Part shown: positions 1 through 12,932 of the stretch, in pieces
How the letters are laid out: the number at the start of each line of letters is the position of its first letter
Position numbering within the stretch: the stretch's first letter is position 1
Source of the DNA: Rhizodiscina lignyota
Lineage: Eukaryota
DNA length: 64,000 nucleotides
Direction of reading: 5' to 3'
NCBI GenBank assembly: GCA_010015805.1
Contig: ML978140.1
Span: forward strand, 62,001 to 126,000
Notes under the pieces: model-generated
The model's input: the letters and a program-made list of their open reading frames with translations, nothing else
What the model was told of the DNA's origin: nothing
Database searches by the model: none
Position numbers and translations under genes: made by a program

Positions 1-401
1 TCACCATTCTTGCACTTGCCGAGTGCATGAAGCTGCTGCACACTCCATTCCTCTTCTCCGCCACCAATGACACGGACAAGTTTAGGTGAGGCTTCCTGGC
101 CCACCACGAATGTGTTCCCCAATCGCTCTAGCGCGTCGGTTGTGAATAATGTCCTGGTGGGGTATTGGCCAGCCAGAGGATGTGTGCCCATGATCGTCCA
201 ACTAACCTCAGGGGCGACGTAAGAGAGAAAGGCCGTGTAATTTCCATCGCCCAAGAAGTTGAATATCTTCGTGATTTGGCCCTTGTCTGGGTATTTCGAT
301 TGCGTCTGGGACGTTGTTTGGTTGCTATTTGCCAATGCTGGTGTAGCAAAAGTAGCAGCGATAAAAGCAAAGACGGAGAGTGTTCGGACCGAGAAGAACA
401 T
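1..401 (-). CDS. Secreted SnoaL/NTF2-like protein, first exon (gene continues past the left edge)
   Basis: Not in the ORF track because it runs off the edge. ATG at 401 reads MFFSVRTLSVFAFIAATFATPALA (signal peptide)...FLSYVAPEVSWTIMGTHPLAGQY...VIGGGEEEWSVQQLHALGKCKNG, then a GTGA donor at 4-1. WTIMGTHPLAGxY is typical of fungal SnoaL-like proteins. Confidence 0.75.
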   Translation of the reverse strand, partial: MFFSVRTLSVFAFIAATFATPALANSNQTTSQTQSKYPDKGQITKIFNFLGDGNYTAFLSYVAPEVSWTIMGTHPLAGQYPTRTLFTTDALERLGNTFVVGQEASPKLVRVIGGGEEEWSVQQLHALGKCKNG

Positions 402-1032
402 ATTGTGGATGAGTGAATTTAACTGATCGATGATGCGATTAAGAAAGTGCAGGATTCAAAGCTTTTAAAAGTCGCTCCCTTTCATACGTGCCTCGGAAGG
501 ATTTTGTTGCGGTCGGTGATTTCGCATTCATCTTCCGCGTCTAGCGAAGGGCTTTGGCCTTCTCCGAGGCCAAAGGGATGTGTGTTTGTCCAAATTAACA
601 AGCTTGGACGACCTCCGGAGCTTTAAGGCTGTGTGCGAGCGGGACTGGCTTGGTGGAGTCGATATCGTACTAACTGTTTGGGGCATCTCGAGCGACAAAG
701 CAAAGCCCCACCTCAAACGATAGTGGACTAGGGGAATATCAATCACTCAGATTTGCGCCTTGATCTAATGCAGTAAAATTGACGAAGGGTGCGTGCGAAC
801 TGTCCCAGTGAACTTGCACAGAGATGATGGAGAACCGGAGATTGAACATTGAAAACTCACTGTCGGAAGCAGGCGGGGGCATTCTGACCCTGAAATCAGA
901 GTTATATTTACAGGAAATCAACGTAACAGGGATAATCATAAATATTCGTGTTTAATACACATTAGTGAGCTGTGTTAACAGTCAATGCTTTTCTATTGCG
1001 AGATATAGCATATCTACACAAACAGACTGGAG

Positions 1033-3109
1033 TCATAGAGATACAGGATGCTTGTGACGAACGATATGACCGTATCTATCCGAGTCAGTGTTGTTCAATA
1101 TTCTAAGATGCAGAGAGGAGGACATACTTGTAAAATAGAATCGGTATTGGGGCCATAATTAACGAGATGAATCCGAGGACGGTATTGCCCCAACCCAGAC
1201 CAAGGGATCGGAATAGCGAAGGGCCAGCAAGCGGCAAAAATGTACCGTAGATCGATAGTGAGGTTCGCATTGCGGCGACCGCAGACGCTGCATATATTGA
1301 AAACGCATCTACGAGGTATGTTTGGCCTGAGACGGATCAGTAAACATGCGGTCAATGCGTGTTGCTGTACTTGGGGTCATACAAGGCATGAATACTCCGA
1401 GCATGCCAAATCCAAAGGGGATCATCCCGATAATTGGCACTATCCTAGAGGTGTGTTAATCCAATACTCTCGTGGCTGTCTTGAAATCTGTTCATACCAG
1501 TGAACATGCTTCTCCGTTGACCAGCCATACCAGAATAGTGAAATTGGAAGCCATATAGAATAATATACCGTAGTAGCAAGACGCATCTCGGCTATTGAAC
1601 TATCAGTACGAAAATCTGAGCAACAGTGGCCTTGCATACGTTCGAAATTTCCGTTGTTTTTCTTTGCGAGTTTGATGACGGTGGCGTCGTTCGTCTTCAT
1701 GATGACAACAAGTGCAATCTATTCAGGCGAATGATAAGATTGGAGTCGCGAAAGAACTGCATGTGATACATACAATCATGCCTCCTCCCACTGCGGAAAA
1801 ATATCAGCTCAAGCAATCCTGGTTGTGCGGAGGCTATACTTACAGGGCGTATATGCTAGACCAGTGAGACTGGACTTCCAGCCATAAGTCTCTGTGAATA
1901 CTGTCGGAATTGTAGTGAAGAAGAGATCTGTTCTTCGTGAGCACGGTGGGTTAAAGAGGCGGATCACGCGTACAAAGAATGCCAAATACTGTAGACGCAT
2001 ATGCACAAATGAGAAACGCAATCGGACTTTTTGTGAGGAGCTTGAGCGGTCTGACTATGCTGGTAGCGAGGAGCTGTTTCCGGGACATTTTTCGACTCAG
2101 CAGAGGCTGCAAATCAGACCTTCCAGTTTCTTTGCGGAGCTTCTTGGCTTTCCGAGCAAGAAGTGTTGGGGCGTACGACTCCGGCATGAATCCCGTCATG
2201 AAGGCATTCACTGCGACGCCCGGAATCAATATAATCCAATAAAGCTAATATAGTCAGTTAGTTATTTCTGAGAAACATTACGGTGTTCTAACCCAGCGCC
2301 ACCCGAGGCCTTGAGATATAAACCCTCCAATGATCGGTCCGACTGCGAGAACGTCAGTCCCAGGTATAACTTTGAGGAGAGGTGCGCCATACGAGCAGGG
2401 CCTGCGCACTGAGCTAGAACAACCGTTGCTGTTGCTGATGCCCGCATCTCAAGAGGATAAATATCCGCAACAACTGCAGGAGCGACCACCATGGCCGCCG
2501 ATGCTCCAACTCCTGCCAATATACGCATGACGATGAGGCCTGCTATCGATGGGGCAAGGGCACAGCCTAGAATCCACAGATTAAAGAACCAGCCTGCTGA
2601 TACAAGTACTGGATAGCGGCCAAAAATTTCTGACATTGGCCCAAGGAACAGAGGGCCGATGACGAAACCGATGAGATATATCGTTACGGAGAGGGAACCA
2701 AGGATTTGGGACGACACACGGAATTCATCCATCGTGAGTGCCAATCCAGGAGCAACCATGGAAGAAGCAAGTGGGCTGGAGAAGAAGTCAGTTGATAGTG
2801 AGTGGCATTTCGGTCGGGAACGGACCTGACGGTTGAAGCAGCCCCCATAAATACCATGAGGCCAGTTTTCTTCCACTTCGACCAGTTCCTTCAAATTGGA
2901 TCATCAGTGAAATCGTTCGTCATCGGCTTCCAATACGCTCACTGTGGATTTGCCGTGTCTGAAATTGAGTCCCATCCAACGAGGCCATTGTCCAGATCCA
3001 TTAATGGAGGCGGAACCACCGCAATCTGCGGGCTCGACTCTGATTCTTTCGATGCATTTTCAATGTCGTCACATATTGACGCTTCTATTTTCTCAGGAAG
3101 CTCGTCCAT
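1033..3109 (-). CDS. MFS multidrug transporter (DHA1 family), multi-exon
   Basis: Exon pieces LVGWDSISDTANPQ, GPLFLGPMSEIFGRYPV, ADIYPLEMRA, FMPESYAPTLLARKA, YLVDAFSIYAASAVA, LGLGWGNTVLGF; GT-AG introns; last exon YGHIVRHKHPVSL-stop at 1033. Confidence 0.85.
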
Positions 3110-3804
3110 ACTGTCTCCAAAGTGCATTAAATGAGTGTAACCACACTGCGAAAAGAAACAGAGAGAGCCTGACAGAAGTCATGAACAATATCGAAATTGG
3201 AATTGGATCTGACTGCCATTCTTGGTGTAGTGACATGCCGTTTACCCGCTGCGTAGTTGGAGCTTCAAGCCTCAAAGTCGCAAAAGTCTCGTCTCAGTGG
3301 ATATGATCATCCGGGTATCCTATCCGTCAAACGGGAGGCCCAGCCCCGCAAAGCGGCCGCATTGCACCATCATCAAAAACAGCTTGGAGGAAAGGGAAAG
3401 TCCTCTGTGGCAGACTTCTCGTTATATGCAACGGTATCGAGGCGTGGATGCTGGTGAAAATAAGCTCCATGAAGTCCATCCAGGGGCGACGGGAAAAATT
3501 CACGGGGAAACGCCGCCACGCGGGGAAAACAACCAGTTTCCCCATACATTTGCCAAGCACATGACTCGCATCTCGGCGCATACGGATCTTAGAATGGAAG
3601 TAGGGCGAACGGCACCAGTACATATTTCAAGTTATACTCGGTAGCGCTAGGTACTGTATTCTCTTCGCAATCGCAAACTGCCTCGCAACTCGTTGTGACC
3701 TATACACATACAAAATGCCTTCGTGTTGTCATATCCTGGTATCTCGCGTGCCACCCAAACGCCATACCGCAATGCAATAAAATACAATACAATCTCTTGT
3801 CCCA

Positions 3805-6028
3805 TCACAGCTCCAATGAGTCCGAAATCTGTTCCATTTCAGCCGCATCACCAGCGACCTCACCAAAGTACTCCTCAATCTCTTGGGGGTCCATACTGCC
3901 CACAAACGCCCTGCGCACAAACTCGAACCACACCTTATTGATTTTCCCTTTCTTTCCCTTCTTCTTGTGCTTCTTCTTCTTCTTCTCCGTATCGACACCC
4001 TCATTCACTACATCGTTTACATCTTTCAAGAAATCAACGTCCTTCTCTGAAAAGCTGTTGTCCTTCCTCTCTCCGATCCGCTCAGCGAGCGTAATGTAAC
4101 TGCGCACCAATAGATCGTCCATCTTGTATGTCTTGCCACCCCTTGTCTCGTACTCGACCTCGAACTTGAACTTCTTGGGCTTGGACTTCGGTTTCTTCCC
4201 GTCTTTTTCAATTTCCACTCGCTCATCAACAGCGTCCTTCCTCTCCATCCACTGCCCAAACGCACCACCTCTTGGTCCCTGTGGGACTTCAGGCTCAAAC
4301 GGGACAAGGGGGCTATTACGTCCAATGTCAAAGAGCCTGAAATCGTTGTTGATATGCGTCAGATTAGCGTAGTACTGCGTATATCCGAGGAGCGAGAACA
4401 TTTGCGCCGAATACGCCGGGCCGGGCGGTGTTGTTGTCGACGGGGGAGTCGGGAGGTGGAATTTGTGTTTCTTCCCTGCCTTGCCCTTCTTCTTATCCGC
4501 TTTGGCGCCGGTGGTGGATACGGTTTCTTGTGCTTTTTCCAGCGCGAAGAGGTACTCGTCTAAAGTCTGCTCGTCGTCCAGGGTGAGAGGGAGCTGGGGT
4601 GCGCTATTGCCCTGCGCTTCGACCGGTCGTCCTGGGTGTGGGAAGACGGTATCCTGTACCCCTGTGATGTTGTATTGATAGACGCGGATCGTGGGAAAAT
4701 AATTCGGGACAATGCTGGGATTGACGTGCGAGACGGCATACCGCTCGCCATACTTGCCGCCGATGTGATCGAGATACTTCTTGTTCTTCTTCGAATTACT
4801 CTTGCTTACGTCGTCCGCATCAGAGAGACCGATGATCTCCAGCCACAGATCCCGCAGCTCGATGAGGTAGCTCCTGTCCGAGTCGACGGTGAAGTCGTCC
4901 TCTTCCACAGCCATCGCCTTGATCGCACCATTCCGCGTGCTCTTCTTGACGTCCTTGAAGTCCTGCACAATGAAATGATCGATGTTCATGTGCCCGTAGA
5001 AGCTGCCGACTATAATGTCTCTGTACTGCTCCATCCACAGTGTGTACTTCTGCCAGCATGCCTCGTCCCAGCTGATCTTGCTCTCTGTGCGTGCCGGCGG
5101 GACATGGCCCATCAGCATCACCTTCATACCTCGCTGCCTGAATATGTCGAGCTGTATCCGCAGCCAATCCATGTGCTCGTATCCGGGCTCACTTTTCGGT
5201 GCACAGCCGTCGACCGCAGCATTCTTGGTGTAGAAGTATAGGGTGTTGAGGCTGATGACCGCCAACTTGTTTGGAATAACCTCGACGTAGTACCACCCTC
5301 CGCGCTGGAACTGGTGTCGTTGCTCCTCCGGCACGAACTGCCGCCAAATGTCGAGGTACTTTCTCGTCCACGTATTCGGGCCTTCGAGGAAGATGTTGTG
5401 CGGAAGGACATCGTTGTTTCCGAGAGTCGGCACGATCGGGATCGTGAAATCATTCGTCGGGTCATCGTCCTCGTAGTTGTCTGGCTTGCCCCAGACCTCG
5501 AAAAACTTTTCGACCAGCAATTCATTCTGTGCCACTATCTGATTCCGCGTTCGAGGGATGAGCTCGTCGTTGTCATGGCGAGCGGAGTCGCCGGTCCAGA
5601 TGACAAAGTCCACCTCGTTCTTCAAATTCTCCTTGATCCATTTGAATGTCTCGTTTACGAGTGAAACGGGCGAGTCGCAGTCTGTGGATTCGGCGCCGTA
5701 GACACCTGCTGGGCCTTTGCTGCGGTGGCAGGCGTGGTCTTTATCGGTGGAGGAGTAGAGCTTGTAGAAGGGGTCTGGGTGAATGTCTGGTACAAAGCTG
5801 TCAGCACCTCTGGTTGACTATATCTTGCTAGCACAAGTACATACCGGTAATGTGCAAGAATCTGCCTGTCAACTTCCTCCCCGCGGCGTTATCCCCTCCG
5901 CTGGGCAGCTCCGTAAACTCGGCACCGCCCACGCCTTTGCAGCCAGATCTGCCAGACCCTGCTACGGCTTGCGGCGAGGCCTGGCTGCATGTGAGCAGCA
6001 GAGCCCATTGGACCAGCGCCCTGAGCAT
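3805..6028 (-). CDS. PPN1: Endopolyphosphatase (calcineurin-like metallophosphoesterase)
   Basis: Motifs GRFLHITDIHPD (across intron 5844-5787), WTGDSARHDND, LGNND, GHVPP, GHMNIDHF, PSIVPNYFPTIRV; N-terminal hydrophobic segment. Confidence 0.92.
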
Positions 6029-8322
6029 TTTGAGTATTTTGCATCGACTGTGCACCTCGACCTGTGACGGGCGCGCGACGTCTGTATAAGTAAAGAGCGC
6101 ACGCGGGCAGCCATGGGACAGAGTCGCGCACGAGCAGTCAGGTTCTTACCATAGTGGTCAGAGGGTGGGATGGCGCTCAACAGCGTCGCTCTGTGGTGTA
6201 AGGGGCAGTGAGGCGTGAGAATGGGAACGTGGTGGAATACTGGGCCGCCATTTGCTGCAGGGCAGCGGCGGACCACTGAGCAAAAGCGACCCCGAAGCTG
6301 CGCAGCGACCCAGGCGAGTGACAACCTCGAGGAGCGTTCCACACGTCCCGCAGGCAGCCTCCTTTGCACCGTCAGCGACTCACAGGCGACGGGTGTTCAC
6401 TCCATCGCATACAAGCTGCGTGCTCTGCTGCGAGATCACGCGGGATGCGCCTCGAGCGGGACGGGGCGCGGGATTGCTCCAGCTGCCATCTCGTCCTCGT
6501 CTCACTCTCGAAACGGAAGATCATGGCGTAGGGCTGCAATATGGCTCTTATGGCGAGAAGTGCTATGCTCGAGCATGATCATCTACCGAGCATTATCAGT
6601 CCTGACCTCGACGTCAAAATCAGGCATCCACCGTTCACGATTCCAAGGCCGCGTCATTCAGATGTAGAACTGGGCGTCCGATGATTGAGAACATCTCCGT
6701 CACTGTTTCACGTTCTGACCCAGCCTGGAGCCAAGGGTTGCAGTGTCGCGTGCCTCTTTGCTTTCTCTCCCGTTTGTGACTTCGAGGGCTGCTTTCGGGC
6801 TCATATAGGCGTGGCCGCATCTACGAGTTCGCTTAATTAGGCTCTGACGCGGAAGCCAGTCTGTCCTAGTGGGCGGCCAATGATCCTGGCCAATGTGGAA
6901 CTGAGGAGTGGGAGGACGGAGCTATTCCAGAGTGGAAGAAAGCTACGGAGTAGAGACAGCTATTCAGATGCTTGATGAGGAGAAGGTACCAAAAGGAGGC
7001 CCAACAATACAGCGTTACGCCTTCACATGTTGGTTGGAGCGATTTATAATGTTCAAAGTGCGCTCCCGTGCGTCAGCTGAACCCTGAGTGGCTGAAGTGG
7101 CGCGCGCCGCGAGCCTACGTCGTCCCAACTTCAGCTCTTCCATTAACCCTTTCAACACGCACCAACGAGACTCTTTCGCCTCTGACGTGGCCTCTTAAAT
7201 TTTGCAATGTCAAATCGGTGTCTGCGCGAAGAGTATAGTGCTGCTTCGGACTTCCAATGTGCCTTCGTCTGCCAGCGCAGCACACTCGAAGACGGATTCG
7301 ACGACATCTCGCCATCTTGCATGATCGAATCACAGTCAAATCAAAAGCTATGCATTCAGTCAGTAAGATGACAATACGAGACAGGTATTTGATGCACGAA
7401 GTGACTGTTCAGGACCTGTGAAGACTGCGAATGAAGGAGTTCATCAACTAGTTCAAGACAGCCAACAACAGAGCCAAGAGTCCTTAAATCTAAAGAGAAG
7501 CAATATCCAAACTAGCAGAGAGCCCAGCGCCACTATGTGGGCGCGCATCTTTCTTTACGACGGGTTGGGTCGAGGCCTTTCGAAGATGCTATTCAAGCTC
7601 CAGGGCGTAATGTGGACAGCGTGAACCGCTTTAAAATACTGTCCCAGCTCTTTAGACATTGTTGTCTGAATATCTAAAGCTCAATTCCAACCTGGTGGGC
7701 TCGTTTGCAGAATCGATTGCGATCAGGAGTCAGTGTGTGCAGTCATCAATTTGTGATGCAGTCGATACCACCTGTTCGCAATTGCTTTCAAGTGCGAATG
7801 TCGGAGCGTGATGAGATGCTGGAATGCGATGAGACGTCTAACGAGAGCATCAACAAGACTCAAGAAGAGTAGGAAGTGCTGACGCGCAAGGGAATATGGT
7901 TCTGTGTCCAGAAACCCGACCGAATATTCGAACAAAAAAAAGCCTAGATTCGATCGCCCGATACGTGTTCGACACCCGTGTTTTAGATTTTTACGTCACA
8001 GCAGCTTCGTTGCGTATCGTCATCCTTCGCAGCGTCCATCAGCTGGAGATCACGATATCCCAGTCTGGTCAGCAGGGCACAATCAGAAGCTCATGAGAGA
8101 GTCTCGCAATCTCATCTGACAAGGAGTTGGGAAGTGCACATGAGAATTGGTTGAGATTCGGCGACCCCACGGAACTCGTCAATTTGCGCCTGTGGCATTT
8201 TGCCCACTCCCACGAGATCGACCTTCGTAGAACAGAACAGTATTTCGCACAAAATACACTGAGAACATACAAATGCAACTTTTGCGTTCATGTCAACTCC
8301 CGACAACGCCTTTCATCTCGAA

Positions 8323-8799
8323 TCAGATGGCCTTCTCCCTCCTCCCTTTCCCACCCTTCATCCCCACATCCAACAAAAACGCACTCCTTACCACAACCGC
8401 AAGCCCCGTAATCCCCACATTCCCCCAATCCTCCGCTGGCCTCATCGACGCGAAGCTCAGCCTCCCCTGGCTCTTCAGCGCGTCGTACGTGCTGTACAGC
8501 ATAGCTAGGTCGTACGTCAGCGTCGCGGCCTGCAGGATCTTCCATATCATGACGTCCTTGGAGTAGCGCAGAAGAACGACGTCGAGAATGGCGAGCATCA
8601 GCAGCGCGCCGCCGAGCTGTTGGAGGAGGAAGTCGAATTGTGGGTTGCGCGGCGCGATGGAGGATGGGATGAAGGCATTGACGACAACGGAGGGGGTGAA
8701 GAAGTCCATGTAGACGGCCCACAGGCAGATGAGCGGATCCGACCAGAGGAAGTAGAATTTGTAGAAGATGGGAATGTCTTTGGTGGAGGTTACAGCCAT
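8323..8799 (-). CDS. Small fungal four-TM membrane protein of unknown function
   Basis: ORF from ATG 8799 (MAVTSTKDIPIFYKFYFLWSDPL...) with four hydrophobic segments, biased codon usage and a W-x-N-x-x-IT motif near the C-terminus. Confidence 0.75.
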   Translation of the reverse strand: MAVTSTKDIPIFYKFYFLWSDPLICLWAVYMDFFTPSVVVNAFIPSSIAPRNPQFDFLLQQLGGALLMLAILDVVLLRYSKDVMIWKILQAATLTYDLAMLYSTYDALKSQGRLSFASMRPAEDWGNVGITGLAVVVRSAFLLDVGMKGGKGRREKAI

Positions 8800-9419
8800 G
8801 ATGGACGTTGGATTATTGCTCCTTCGCACGCCTCCCGCGATAATGCTCAATGGACGGTTTGCAAACTCCGGTTTCGAACGCGGTTGCGTAGCGGACAGAT
8901 CAACGGTACTCAAACAACCAGACACTCAAATATATCTCTACAACCCACAGACTATGAAAAGGTGATTTTGATGATGAGTGCTTACAAGTCGGCGTGCTTA
9001 CACCGATTGCATGTGTGCTTCAGCTCGGGGCTCGGGATAGGACGGTGAAACACTGCTTAGTCATTGAGCTATGTACATTGATGTATCCTAGCTTTCCACA
9101 GGTTTTCTTCGAAACTACGGCTTTCAAACCTCCGACTTCATCAAAGGTTTTCGTTGGCATTTCGAGTCGTCGTCGACTGTTCAACGGACTCGATACTCAC
9201 TGCGCGCCGCTTGGACACATCAATCACAACACACAAGAATAAATTCGTATAGCGGCGCATATCCGTTCTATTGAACTCGGATGAGTAAATCGGGTTTGGA
9301 TATGCAATCCGACTCTCAATCTTTCCTCCACTTTCGAACTCAGGCCAGAGGTTGCCCACGTAACTTGAGCTATCTCCTGCATACCGCCTGCTGACGCTCG
9401 AAAACAAAGGAGCCAGGGC

Positions 9420-10186
9420 TCAGAGTGCAACGGCAAAAATACCAGCCACAAGCAAAGAGAGAACAGAGGGCGCAAGAATTGCACCCGCTCCAGTCGATGA
9501 CGAGGCGGCAGGGCTTGAAGAAGTTGATGAGCTTGCCACGTCTTCATTTGTCAGTGCCTGAACAGTGACAGTAGAGCTGTTCTTGCATTCGCCGGCAGGA
9601 AGAAGCGTAGCGTTTTTGCTAAACGTAATGTCGGCGCACTAGATTCCGCGAACATTAGCGTACGCCACATCTCAAGACCGACAAGCATTTACATTATACA
9701 GCCCACCACCATCATGGCCAGCCGTGGCAAATTGGATCGACGCGTTAGTGCCTTCTGATATCGGGAGACCAGATGGGAGTGTCAGCTTGGGGAAGCAGAG
9801 GCCTCCGGCGCCGGTCTCGTTGAGAGGGGCATTGAACAAGGTGATGTTAAAGTCTGTCACGTTTTCTCCGAAGCCGATGTTGATAAAGAGGTATGCGGCA
9901 GCGTCATGCAGCGTTGCATTGAAAGAGCCGCCGTCGAGAGGCCACAGTGTGCGAGGAGTGGTTGAGTTGTCAGTAAATCCTGCGCCTGGATTTTGGAGAG
10001 ACGTGTTAGCTGAATGCTAAGGCATGACTTGGGGAAGAATTTCGCACATGGATAGATCCTTTGGTTGAAAGGAGGAATGAAGGAGTTCCCGCGCCATTCG
10101 GGATAGAAGATCTGGGTATGAGCAGAGACCAGCATCAGGAAGCTGGCGACCAGAAGGCCGAACAAGGAGGACCGGACTGAAGCCAT
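9420..10186 (-). CDS. GPI-anchored Bim1/X325-like (LPMO-like) copper-binding surface protein A, 3 exons
   Basis: Signal peptide ends VSA|HTQIFYPEWRG (mature His1); YPC|AG...RTLWPLDGG...TLHD...LCFPKL...NASIQF...GHDGGGLYN|CADITF; S/T-rich stalk and hydrophobic C-terminus; two GT-AG introns. Confidence 0.8.
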
Positions 10187-10458
10187 TGTATGAATTGTCG
10201 AAATTCTCGACTTCCAATTGAGATACTGGGAGCTGTTCCGCTTGCCGGAGCTGCGAGAGAGGGTTTTGGTCAAGCTTTATAACAACTATGCTCAAGCAAT
10301 ATCAAGCAATGGTAGCCACAATTGGCGCATCTATCCCCTGTTAGTACTGTTCGTTACCGTAGCGAAGGATAGTTCGCTACAATATTTTATTGGGTGTGCG
10401 CAAGTGGGAGTGGAGTTATACCCGGAAGCTTGTATCAACCTGCATATTTGAGGGCATA

Positions 10459-10466
10459 TGAGCAAA
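10459..10466 (-). promoter_or_regulatory. Putative Mac1-type copper-response element TTTGCTCA in the shared promoter
   Basis: TGAGCAAA on + is TTTGCTCA on -, matching the S. cerevisiae Mac1 CuRE core. A variant TATGCTCA lies at 10287-10294. Both are between two putative copper-protein genes. Confidence 0.45.
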
Positions 10467-10692
10467 TTGTGGTACTCTGGCCCAACTTTTTATAGGCCAA
10501 GACCATTGCCATCAATTGAGAAGGAAGCTAGTAATAGAAACGACTTCCGAGTCATCCGTGTTCAGATTTAAGCTGCTTTTTATTAATTGCGAGAAATGTC
10601 GCCGCTTATGACTCTGCGTGTTTTTGCTTGATTCTCTGTCCACAGCTGTTGCATATCAAGCAACAAGTTCTCTCCACGATACCACCTTCGTC

Positions 10693-11500
10693 ATGGCACA
10701 ATTCATTCCCCTATTCCTTCTTAATATTTGCCTAACACCACTCGCTTTGGCGCATTTCCTCGTCAATGTCCCCACCCCCCTCGGCAACAATATAGAGAAC
10801 GAAGACATCTCACCATGTGGCGGCTTTACACCTTCAAGCTCCTCTAAGAGATCAGACTTTCATGTCGAAGGTGACGCCATTGGAATTTCCACTCTACATG
10901 CTCAGTGTTACCTGGCATATCGTGGCATGCTCGGAACCTCACTGGTGAAACCCAACTGGACGAACCTGCTGCCAACAGTAGAGGAGTTTGGTCTGAACGG
11001 CTTCTGTGAGGAAAGTGTTTCGGTACCGAGTTCCTGGGCAGGGAAGAGCGGTTTACTCCAGATCATCCAGGACGCTGAGGATGGCGTGCATTACCAGGTA
11101 AGCATATTAAATGCTTCTCTTCAGCGTAGCGCAGAAGACCTCCCGTTTGGCCCGCTTCCCGCATATTTTGTGACTCCGGCTGACTGCGCGTTCCAAAATA
11201 CAGTGCATGGCGGTGAATTTTGTAGCCGGAAAAGGATCGGTACCATCCAGTTGCACGAACTCTTCCGGCGTGTCAGCCAACTTCGCGAACGACAATACAC
11301 TCAATGTGGCTGAAAGCGGCGCATCTTCCTCTTCCTCGACTCCGACTGCTACATCGTCTCAAGCTTCTTCTTCGACATCGGCGTCAACGCAGGCTGCGAC
11401 AACCTCTTCCGAGGCTGGCACTCTGATTCCATCGGGTTACACAGGCAATGGAATTCTAGCAGGATTCATGGTCGCATATGTTCTCGGGTTGAACTTGTAA
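10693..11500 (+). CDS. GPI-anchored Bim1/X325-like copper-binding surface protein B, 2 exons
   Basis: Signal peptide ends ALA|HFLVNVPTPLG (mature His1); EDISPCGG, STLHAQ, GFCEESVSVP, DAEDGVHYQ|CMAVNF; intron 11098-11203; S/T stalk and hydrophobic tail. Confidence 0.82.
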
Positions 11501-11807
11501 ACCGAATACTTTGCAGATTAGAGCTGAGAAACCTGTTAATGAGAAGGTTGAGTTCCAACGAAGGGCGTGACATAGAGCGCTGTACCCGAGCTTGTTGATG
11601 GGCAGCAAAAAAGAACGGAATTGAGGCTCGTTGATGCGTCTAACTGTGATGTGTTTTACCAGAGCGGATGAAACGAAATATCTACCACGGTGCATTACGT
11701 GTGTAACCAAAGATTGACGAAGGACAAGGCACGCTCAGCGATCTTGATCGCTTGGGACCTTCGTTCGCAGAAGTTTGCGCTATCCTATTCTAGAATAGCG
11801 TGATGGG

Positions 11808-12780
11808 TTACGCGCTAGACGAATGAGATTCAAAAGTTAACCTTACGCTGGAAAACTTCCAAGTCCTTCTGTCATTGCACGGATACTGCATCTCGGCAGT
11901 GCTATCATCGAACCCAACACGCTTCCAGCACATGAACAGCCCATCAGGATCATACTTCTTCTTGATCTGAAGCAGCTTGGCATAGTTCTCGGCTCTCCAC
12001 GAGTCCTGTTGCGACGTCAGTGTCCAGGGGGATGCTTCGTTCACATACGCTCGACTGCCCGGTGCCAGATCGTGCAGTTTATCCATAAGCGTCAGCCCGA
12101 GGTCTACCGCTTGCCTCTTGTACTCAAATGTCGAGTTCCACTGCCACTCAATCGCGAAAGAGAGATGCCACGCAGCCACAGAGATGTGCGCTAGGCTGGA
12201 GTCACGGCCGTGCCCATACCCGCTGACTCGTTCCTATACAAGTACAGAAGCGGTGCCACCGTGGGAGTGTACGGTGCAAGGCCCTGCGATATTGCCCACT
12301 CTAGGAAACTCATGATCTGACTACGACCATCAGCGGTTTCGAAGAGCGTTGTTGGGATAAAACGCGTCGTAACAAGACGACTGCCGCCCATTGATGCAGC
12401 GAGATTATGCGACGCGTACTTCTGATAGAAGTAATACTAGGAAGGCTGAGTTTCAATGATGACTATGCCGTTGTGTGTGCATTAACAAACTCGATGGCTA
12501 GCTGCATAGACTTCTTGGCTTCGGCGAGAGTAAGTTTAGGATTGACAAAGCCCAGACTGTCCGTCAGCAGATGGCAGCCCCAGGCTTCCTGACCCCATGC
12601 TAGATAATTATTGACCATGATCTGCAGCCAAGGAAGTACGAGTTGGGTTTCTGACATGGGGAAGCTGATACTCGCGACCTGGAGCTCCATTTTCGGTTCG
12701 ACTAAATGTGTGCTTTCAAATACACCCCACACGCTCTCACCCCCACCTCTCAACGCCCAGAAGAGATAGAATTCTAGCAT
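11808..12780 (-). pseudogene. Truncated berberine-bridge-enzyme-like FAD oxidase remnant
   Basis: Fragments LFWALRGGG, GTAVTPA*R (TAG at 12193-12191 where Trp is expected, then a frameshift) and AYVNEA...ENYAKLLQIKKKYDPDGLFMCW. The N-terminal FAD-binding half is absent and the next gene ends at 12933. Confidence 0.75.
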
Positions 12781-12932
12781 GACTTCGTGAGCATGTCGGC
12801 ACGCGGCTCGCTACGGGAGAGCATGATCTTGGACGATGCATGAAATCGGAATTAAGCTGCCAGTATGGTTACAGACAAGAGCATTGTGTAAGAATGAGTA
12901 TTGTACCGTAAGAGTTATGGAGGGAGCTGCCT

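Noticed and set aside
5962..6820. Several 60-150-aa ORFs upstream of PPN1
   Set aside because: No motifs or codon bias and mutually overlapping; consistent with chance ORFs in a GC-rich promoter.
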